DNA from: Rhodothermales bacterium
Lineage (GTDB): Bacteria > Bacteroidota > Rhodothermia > Rhodothermales > Bin80
Direction of reading: 5' to 3'
Assembly: GCA_965261255.1 (NCBI GenBank)
Contig: CBDHCQ010000004.1
Span: 2,830,597-2,894,596 of the forward strand
DNA length: 64,000 nucleotides
Shown here: positions 57,613-64,000 of the stretch, piece after piece
Layout: every line of letters begins with the position of its first letter
Numbering within the stretch: the stretch's first letter is position 1
The notes under the pieces: model-generated
Databases searched by the model: none
What the model was told of the DNA's origin: nothing
Seen by the model: only the letters and a program-made list of their open reading frames with translations
Position numbers and translations under genes: made by a program

Positions 57613-58656
57613 TCACACCTCAGACACTAATCTCCGCGAGGGCGCGGATCGATCTAGAAATGCGTTCCACCTATGCGTAAGCGCCTCATAGCTGGGACCT
57701 CGTGTTGATCGAACGTCCATCTTCGAACCATGGAATTGCTCGTAACCGGCCTTGAGGGCATCGGTTGAAAAGTGCACATGGAGCGTTGCCGGGTTGATAC
57801 CCATGTGGTTGAGATCGAAAAGTGTGTGCAGGTCTGCCCGAAGCAGCAGACCGTTATCGGGACGGTTGTTGGTGAAATGCCGATAAGGCCAGATGTGGGC
57901 TGCTTCTAAGATATCGATCAGATCACATCCAGAGATCATACATCTGGCGTCGTATCGTCGGATCAGTTGCTTCCGGAATTTTTGCTGACCACGGCGAATG
58001 CGAATCGATGTCAGTATCCGTTCCCGGTGTTCAATTGGAGGGAGGTTACCGTCCAGGGCTTTGTTGTCATGCTCATCCGCGTCTTCCGGGTCCAGCGATC
58101 TCACCTGGGCGGAGTCCCTAATTAGGTCTGCCAAGTATGGCACCTTAGAGCCTATTGCTTGCACGAGGCGGTCTGGATCCAGCTCTTCTATGGATAGCTG
58201 GTCGTTGGGCCTCAAGGCTACCTTCTTAATTTCGGATACGCCGATTTCTGTCTGAGGCCGTCGGAATGTTTCCCCAAATCGCGCTTTATATCGTGTGACC
58301 ACAACCTCCTCCTCCACGGGTACATCAAATTCATGGTAGCACCTATAACACCTCCAGTGTGGTTTCTTCGTAATTCGCTCTTTGATTTCGGTCTTGCGGC
58401 ACTTAGGACACCGCAATCGTCGCTTTGATCCCTGACCAGAAGTCACCTGCTCAACCCTTGCTACTCCAAGTAATTTTAGGGGATCTCGTAGCAAGACGAC
58501 ATCTCCTCTGGAGAGGCGTCGACTGTTGGACACGTCACTATCGTAACGGTAGACCTTGGCCAAGTCGTCTTCGTAACCTGTATTTCCTCCATACTGGCGC
58601 CTGCCGGAAATAACGATCAACGCCCAAGCTTTGCCGCCGACAGCTTCCATCACCAT
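57613..58656 (-). CDS. HNH endonuclease (HNH_2-type) with N-terminal unassigned domain and CxxC-x16-CxxC zinc ribbon; candidate stand-alone restriction-type nuclease
   Basis: 347 aa. C-terminal RRGQQKFRKQLIRRYDARCMISGCDLIDILEAAHIWPY...NGLLLRADLHTLFD matches the HNH_2 pattern. Cys83/86/103/106 form a ribbon. The N-terminal 75 aa read WALIVISGRRQYGGNTGYEDDLAKVYRYDSDVSNSRRLSRGDVVLLRD. Confidence 0.75.
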   Translation of the reverse strand: MVMEAVGGKAWALIVISGRRQYGGNTGYEDDLAKVYRYDSDVSNSRRLSRGDVVLLRDPLKLLGVARVEQVTSGQGSKRRLRCPKCRKTEIKERITKKPHWRCYRCYHEFDVPVEEEVVVTRYKARFGETFRRPQTEIGVSEIKKVALRPNDQLSIEELDPDRLVQAIGSKVPYLADLIRDSAQVRSLDPEDADEHDNKALDGNLPPIEHRERILTSIRIRRGQQKFRKQLIRRYDARCMISGCDLIDILEAAHIWPYRHFTNNRPDNGLLLRADLHTLFDLNHMGINPATLHVHFSTDALKAGYEQFHGSKMDVRSTRGPSYEALTHRWNAFLDRSAPSRRLVSEV

Positions 58657-58803
58657 ATTCTAACTATGTGCTAAAGGTAACCGGCTGGAAGATCATGCGT
58701 CATGGGACACCATGATGACCGTCAACCCATGTTGATGTCTATCACACGCCGCAGAAACCGATACTCAACGTGCTAACTGTACCCCCTTACGTCGGGCACG
58801 TTC

Positions 58804-59196
58804 TTAAAAAGCCTGTTCTCCACCCTCGAGAATGTCACAAACAGTCTTCCGAATTGCACTGTCCTCACATGCACCGTCGTCATAGGTGAGGCGAGAAAGA
58901 TCGTGGCTCGATATCGGACTGGCTTGTGCAATGATAATCTGATCGGAGTCCGTGATCACCACAATATTCGCGTTATGTGTGATTATCTTGACCTGTCTCT
59001 TAATCTTTGCTTCGACAAAAAGCGGAACGAGTTCATCGAATACTGATCTTCGATCAAGGTTCCCTTCCGGCTGGTCAATTATCAACGGTCGGCAGTCGTC
59101 AGCGTCTAGTGCGAGATACAAGAGCTGCAGGACTACACCACCAGTGCTAGGCGAAAGCGTATCGAAATCAATGTTTTCGTAAGTATCGAAAGTGCA
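58804..59196 (-). pseudogene. C-terminal remnant of an SMC/ABC-like AAA ATPase (defence-type family)
   Basis: The frame opens right after a TGA at 59197..59199. It reads CTFDTYENIDFDTLSPSTGGVVLQLLYLALDADDCRPLIIDQPEGNLD...IITHNANIVVITDSDQIIIA...ILEGGEQAF, that is signature-like, Walker B/D-loop and H-loop only. There is no Walker A or N-terminal part anywhere upstream. Confidence 0.6.
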
Positions 59197-59223
59197 TCAC
59201 TTATATACACGTACGGCTTTAAC

Positions 59224-59260
59224 CCGTTATATAGATCGGTACCGCTAGACCGTATATAGG
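59224..59260. repeat. short direct repeat CCGT(T)ATATAG flanking the palindrome CGGTACCG
   Basis: CCGTTATATAG (59224..59234) and CCGTATATAG (59250..59259) flank CGGTACCG (59237..59244). An inverted copy, TATATAC, lies at 59202..59208. Confidence 0.4.
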
Positions 59261-59378
59261 ACAATCTGGCCGGTGATTCTGAGTCTTGGCGTCGGACCAT
59301 AAAGATCGCTCCGGGTCTCCTCCTGATCAGACCGATAATGCCGCACTCCAGACTTGCACCATCGCCTCTCACACCAGG

Positions 59379-61466
59379 CTAATCGAGTTGTACTGGCGTG
59401 GCACCTCCTGCGCGTAGCGCGTCTATTCGCAAGCGCATCTCCTCATTGTACCTTTCTGCACCCGGAAATCCAGACGTAGCGTACTGAATGCGCCCTTCAG
59501 GTCCTAGAATGAAATGGGCTGGAATACCGTTCACATTAAAATCCGTGGCACTACCTTCATCAAATAATACCGTAAAGCGATAGTTATTCTCTGTAAGGAA
59601 TTCGCGTGTCAAACTATGGTCGTTATCTGTAGTGACTGCGAGAAATACCACATCGTCGGCTGACGCATATGAGTCTACCATGGAGCTGTAATGCGGAAAC
59701 TCCTGGCGACATGGCCCACACCAAGTGGCCCAGTAATTGAGTACGACAACCTTGCCCTGCAGCTCCGAGAGACTCCATTGATTGCCTTCGGTATCAGTTA
59801 GACTGAAATCTGGAGCCACCCGGTCAAGTCGATCGTCTATCAAGTGCTGGCGGGCGGCATCAGCCACCTCAATGCGGACACTGTCTATCTCGGCGTCCAG
59901 CCTTTCCTCATTGCGATTCAATGCCAACGCGACCTCCTCCGCGAGTTGACGAATTCTGTCAGCGTTATTTCGAAGTCGCTCGTCTTGGGCATCGTGACCC
60001 AAGGCGGCCACCAGTATTTCGTATGCCTCTTCATTGGATCCTTGCTCCGCAAGCAGTTCGCCAAGCGCAGCAAGGCGATCCGAGCGTGGGGCGTTAGCAA
60101 CGAGCTGCCGAAAGATCTCCTCTGCTTCCGCATGACGGTCCAGCCCGACCAGCACTAGACCGCGAAGGCGCTGCATACTCGCAATCCAGTTCTCGCGAGC
60201 ACGATCGATTCCGTCCAGAGACACGCCCGGGTAAATCAGGCCCGCATGATTCTCCTCAAGCCCCGCAATGGCTTCATCGGCGAACGCCAGGGCTACCTCA
60301 AGTCTCATATCAATGTCAATCAGTAATTGAATAATCTGACGATAGGCTCCGGCGCCCCCCCAAGTCTCCAGTCGTACAAGGTCGTGTCCATTACCGACAA
60401 GCCGGTCAAGTAAATCCTCATCAACCTGTCCGCTTTCCTTGTTCTGCCGAATTGCTTCGTCCTCGAGAATAGATTGCTCCTCAGACAAGGCCACACGAAA
60501 TGCCGATACGTCACCCGCTTCCCAAGTCGGCAGGAAACGCTGTTTCCATCGCTCAATAAGCTCGAGACGCTGTTCATTCGAGCTATCCCTTGATGCAAAA
60601 TGATCCATGTAGTACACATCGAAATGAATCATTTGCCCGTTCATCTCGCGCCCCTCTAGTGTCTCATCCAAGCGATTTAGCCACTTGCGCTGCTCATCAT
60701 CGTTACCCAACAATTCGTGTCCGAAGGCCAAATAGTACTGGCGACCTAGTCGGGTTTCCGTACCAGCCTCCACCACTCCATCCTCAGCTGCGGCAGCACC
60801 TTCAAGCTCACGCCTCAATTCATCCTCTATCGTCTCGACGGCATTTGCATCTCCCGAAGAACGGGCAGCCAGTAAGCGCGTCCCAATATGATGAATTCGG
60901 AAGACCTGGGATTGGCTTATCCTGTAAGCCGACACCCCCTCAGATCTCGTGGCCAGTTCGTCTAGGATCCGCAGCCATCTCTCTGATTGATTCAATTCGC
61001 CGACAGCGTCCTCAACGGATTCATAAGGCTCAACTCGATCAGGGAACGACCGTATGGTTTCCTGGCCGAGCTCAATAGTGCGGTCAAGCCAGTCGCGTCG
61101 ACCTCTCAACCTCCCACCCCAAACAAGCGTGTGTAAATAGCCTTCGTGGACTTGTGGGTTATTTGAGGCAAGCGAAAAAGCCAACTCAAATGCAGCAATC
61201 GCATCCTCGTACTGATTGAGCTCCATTAGTACGCGTGCATGTCCATAGGCCGCTTCGGCATTATCGGGATCCTGATTCAAGGCCTCTTCAAATCCGTCGC
61301 GCGCAGCCAAGAAGTCGAAAGCTTCATAGTCTTGGCGTGCGATCTGCAACTGTTCTTCAACACTCGGACCTGATTCCGAGCATGACATGATCGAAACCGT
61401 CACAAGAGCTAAAAAGAGCTTTAATGCACGTGATTCACTTGCGCTTGGGCGCTGCAGGAAAGTCAT
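59379..61466 (-). CDS. TPR repeat protein fused to TlpA-like thioredoxin-fold (thiol:disulfide oxidoreductase) domain, lipoprotein
   Basis: 695 aa. Lipobox (IMSC), long TPR-like helical region, and a C-terminal VVVLNYWATWCGPCRQEFP redox motif. Confidence 0.8.
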   Translation of the reverse strand: MTFLQRPSASESRALKLFLALVTVSIMSCSESGPSVEEQLQIARQDYEAFDFLAARDGFEEALNQDPDNAEAAYGHARVLMELNQYEDAIAAFELAFSLASNNPQVHEGYLHTLVWGGRLRGRRDWLDRTIELGQETIRSFPDRVEPYESVEDAVGELNQSERWLRILDELATRSEGVSAYRISQSQVFRIHHIGTRLLAARSSGDANAVETIEDELRRELEGAAAAEDGVVEAGTETRLGRQYYLAFGHELLGNDDEQRKWLNRLDETLEGREMNGQMIHFDVYYMDHFASRDSSNEQRLELIERWKQRFLPTWEAGDVSAFRVALSEEQSILEDEAIRQNKESGQVDEDLLDRLVGNGHDLVRLETWGGAGAYRQIIQLLIDIDMRLEVALAFADEAIAGLEENHAGLIYPGVSLDGIDRARENWIASMQRLRGLVLVGLDRHAEAEEIFRQLVANAPRSDRLAALGELLAEQGSNEEAYEILVAALGHDAQDERLRNNADRIRQLAEEVALALNRNEERLDAEIDSVRIEVADAARQHLIDDRLDRVAPDFSLTDTEGNQWSLSELQGKVVVLNYWATWCGPCRQEFPHYSSMVDSYASADDVVFLAVTTDNDHSLTREFLTENNYRFTVLFDEGSATDFNVNGIPAHFILGPEGRIQYATSGFPGAERYNEEMRLRIDALRAGGATPVQLD

Positions 61467-61849
61467 CTCCTTGATGGTCTACCTATGATTGGTTGCATGC
61501 AATACCTAAGCCGCAATCTGCATGTTCCCAGAGGGAAACATTGTCTGCCAGGAAGTAGATCTTTCTGGTCAGTATTAATTTCCAGACAAGCATTCTATGA
61601 AGGGGAGATATCCGGGTCGTCCTGCCAAGTGAGCCTGCGCTTGGAGTTGTGGGAGAGAACATGTTTTCAAACTCACAAAGAGACCGATGCATTAATTAAT
61701 TTGTGGCATGAGGCACTTATTGTCAGATCCTGTGATTGTGGATCTAACAATTACGCGCCCGTTTCTTGACTTTGTACCAGCCGAATCCCGCTTGGCTATT
61801 CTCCGCAGATAATGCTACATTGTGGCTCCAGACCAACGTACCGCAGGCC

Positions 61850-62377
61850 ATGACAGCTAAGCGTTTTACGCCACTTCTAGTGGCGGCACTGTTCGTAGCC
61901 GGGTGCGAAGCGATCACCGATGAGCCGGAGCCGGATTTCACGGCAGAACTCCAAGAGCTCGTTGCTGACAAGTTGCCCTCAAACGGCTCGCTGTGGTTGG
62001 CAAGAAGCCCTGAGGCCCTTGAGGCGATGGGACTTGAGGTTGAGGCCGCGACGCAAAGCGGCTTGCGCTACGCCAGTTTGACCGCGTTCGAATCCGGCGC
62101 AACGTTCTTTGGGATCGGCTTCTGGGGCAGCGAAATGGCCGAAGCAGCGGCGGAAGTACATTGCTCTGAAAACGTGAACGTGTCCACCGGGTGGATAAAA
62201 TTTGGCCGGTGCACCAAAAAAGCCTTGGAACATTGCGGAGGCGTTTGGGGGCGAATGAACGGAACCAGGTTCGAGGTGACCGGCTACAACGCCACGTACG
62301 ACAACGATTACAAGACTCTTCTTACGCCCTGCAAAATTCCCGACCCCCACGAAGGCCAGCGTATGGGGTTCCTATAG
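61850..62377 (+). CDS. hypothetical lipoprotein
   Basis: The internal ATG gives MTAKRFTPLLVAALFVAGCEA (lipobox). No recognisable domain. The mature part has four Cys. Confidence 0.5.
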   Translation: MTAKRFTPLLVAALFVAGCEAITDEPEPDFTAELQELVADKLPSNGSLWLARSPEALEAMGLEVEAATQSGLRYASLTAFESGATFFGIGFWGSEMAEAAAEVHCSENVNVSTGWIKFGRCTKKALEHCGGVWGRMNGTRFEVTGYNATYDNDYKTLLTPCKIPDPHEGQRMGFL

Positions 62378-62647
62378 AACCGGCAGCATGAGAGCCGCCG
62401 CCTTCCTTCGGACCGACACCTGATTTTACTTTATTGCTTCCATGTGGGCAGTCGCAATATCAATGAAGTAGTACACGCCGTGTGAATGAAGGCCCTGTCC
62501 ATAGTGGGCACCTGGTCTATTCTCTGAGCTTTGCTGTCCACATCATAAGCAACCGGGTCTAAGCCCGCTTGCACTAGGCTGCGAAGGTGGCTGTTACTTT
62601 GGGATATAATTCCTGCTGATTTCGCCATCGTCCACGTTCTCGTCCGT

Positions 62648-64000
62648 CTATGACGGTGGCAGCAGTACAATCACCTTATCCCCCAACTGTGGGATTAGAC
62701 CATTCTCTTCTGCATGGACTAGAAGACTGGATCCCCGAACAATGAAGAGTAAAACCAAGTCGTTTTGATACTCCGCCTGCAGCGCTTCATAAGCCTCCGC
62801 CTCCGTAATCTCGAAGGTTCGTACTGCTCCTCCGGCTTCGTAACGGCGTTCCAGATCTTGTGCAGTGTGCGCAGCCCCGAACAAGGGACGCCCCCGCAGA
62901 TATGTCGGCACACGGAGCTGTGAGGTCTCAGTACGAACAGTGGGAGCAGCGGGCTGATATACCTCGCCACCCTCAAAGACCTCCTTGAAACGGAGAGCGG
63001 CAAGCGAATTCGTTTCATCGTTGGAGGTTGCGGCTATAAAACGTTTGATTCCACTCAGATCGAGTTCATCGAAAACCTGCTCTCCCAGAGCATCTGCGGC
63101 AACTGCGGGTAATCCCCGTTCGCGGGCCCTCTCGATATTGCTCTCATTAACATCAAGCAGAAGTACGGCCATGCGCTGCTCCTGAATGGCTTTGGCAATG
63201 CTTTGCACCCACATACTGGCCCCCAAAAACAGGATACCCTGCGGGTTCGAGTCTGCCATCTTGAGCACTCGCGCCAGCGGCTGTAGCGTCAATCCATAAA
63301 CCGTGACTGTACCGATAATGACCATATAAACTATCGGTACCAATGGTCCTGCAAGATCCGCACCGTAAACTTCTGCGACACGAACCGAGAAAAGCGATGC
63401 CACAGCAGCAGCAACGATACCACGCGGTGCCAACCACGCAATGAAACCCTTTTCCTTCCAGTTAAGTCCGGTATTCAGGCTAGAGAATACGACCGCAATA
63501 GGCCGGATGAACAAGATCAGAATGCCTAGAAAAATGAAGGCACGCGCATCAAAATAATCCAGGGCTTCCAGATTAAGTCGCGCCGACAGGAGAATGAAAA
63601 GACAGCCGATCAGAAGCACTTGCAAATCCTCCTTGAACTTGGTTATGCTACGAACCGTTACGTATTGTTGGTTCGCAAGAAATACTCCCATCATAGTCAC
63701 AGAAAACAGCCCTGACTCCTCGTGTAGTTCATTCGACAGGGCGAACACAAGAATGACGACGGTAAGTGCAAGCGAACTCTGCAAGTAATCAGGTACCAGA
63801 TGACGCCGTAACAGAAAGACCATGAGCATAGCTCCCAGAACACTGATACCTACACTGATAGCTCCCGTGGCCAACAACGCCTCCAGCGAAGGGAGAATTG
63901 TGGCAACCATGCCGCCACCGCCCTCATCCGGACCATGCTCATGCATGACAATCACTGCTTCAAGCACCAGGACTGCGAAGATTGCACCCACTGGATCAAT
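62648..64000 (-). CDS. cation:proton antiporter with C-terminal RCK (TrkA-N/TrkA-C-like) domains, 5' end outside the window
   Basis: Polytopic N-terminal part followed by ILFLGASMWVQSIAKAIQEQRMAVLLLDVNESNIERARERG (Rossmann-like RCK) and a C-terminal beta-rich TrkA-C-like segment. The frame probably continues beyond position 64000. Confidence 0.75.
   Translation of the reverse strand: MDPVGAIFAVLVLEAVIVMHEHGPDEGGGGMVATILPSLEALLATGAISVGISVLGAMLMVFLLRRHLVPDYLQSSLALTVVILVFALSNELHEESGLFSVTMMGVFLANQQYVTVRSITKFKEDLQVLLIGCLFILLSARLNLEALDYFDARAFIFLGILILFIRPIAVVFSSLNTGLNWKEKGFIAWLAPRGIVAAAVASLFSVRVAEVYGADLAGPLVPIVYMVIIGTVTVYGLTLQPLARVLKMADSNPQGILFLGASMWVQSIAKAIQEQRMAVLLLDVNESNIERARERGLPAVAADALGEQVFDELDLSGIKRFIAATSNDETNSLAALRFKEVFEGGEVYQPAAPTVRTETSQLRVPTYLRGRPLFGAAHTAQDLERRYEAGGAVRTFEITEAEAYEALQAEYQNDLVLLFIVRGSSLLVHAEENGLIPQLGDKVIVLLPPS

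Noticed and set aside
62431-62670. 79-aa minus-strand ORF downstream of the antiporter gene
   Set aside because: It overlaps the antiporter 3' end, has an odd Cys/His/Arg-rich N-terminus and carries no motif. It is not supportable.
1-64000. CRISPR arrays, rRNA genes, IS elements/transposases, integrases, prophage or toxin-antitoxin modules
   Set aside because: I saw no regularly spaced repeats, no rRNA-like stretches, and no transposase, integrase or phage-structural motifs in any frame of the track. Absence is judged by eye only, and a repeat-finder or HMM scan could still reveal small elements.

Overview
This window is a mostly housekeeping chromosomal segment. It probably comes from an FCB-group bacterium (Bacteroidota / Balneolota / Rhodothermota-like). 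That placement is an inference from a T9SS-type C-terminal sorting domain, DUF2480 and DUF4920 proteins, TonB-dependent receptors with a CarboxypepD_reg-like N-terminus, and TAnnTTTG-like promoter boxes. I support about 58 protein-coding genes and 3 tRNAs, most on the minus strand and tightly packed, with many 1-17 nt overlaps. Recognisable blocks are: chorismate mutase-mltG; cysteine desulfurase-DUF2480; tig-clpP; an ABC-2 exporter pair; ruvC-yebC; carA-carB; dNK-folK-tRNA-Arg-rpe; nuoA-H with a DUF4920 lipoprotein gene between nuoF and nuoG; two tandem paralogous TonB-dependent receptors; purB-ECF sigma-Lrp-cyclase; feoA-feoA-feoB; proS; thrS; glpK-glpF; aroE; and a TerC-family gene. I found no CRISPR array, rRNA, transposase, integrase or intact multi-gene accessory system. 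The only clearly accessory stretch is 57.4-59.4 kb. It holds an HNH (HNH_2-type) nuclease with an unassigned N-terminal domain and a Zn ribbon, a short C-terminal remnant of an SMC/ABC-like defence-type ATPase, and other signs of decay. Other points worth a second look are an AlkD-like/threonine-dehydratase fusion next to an exported RidA homologue, three unusually long gene-free spacers (15.7-16.6 kb, 17.5-18.1 kb, 28.3-29.1 kb), an rpe stop codon lying inside a tRNA gene, and a ThrRS without the TGS domain. All functional calls rest on motif recognition by eye and recalled family knowledge. No searches were run.
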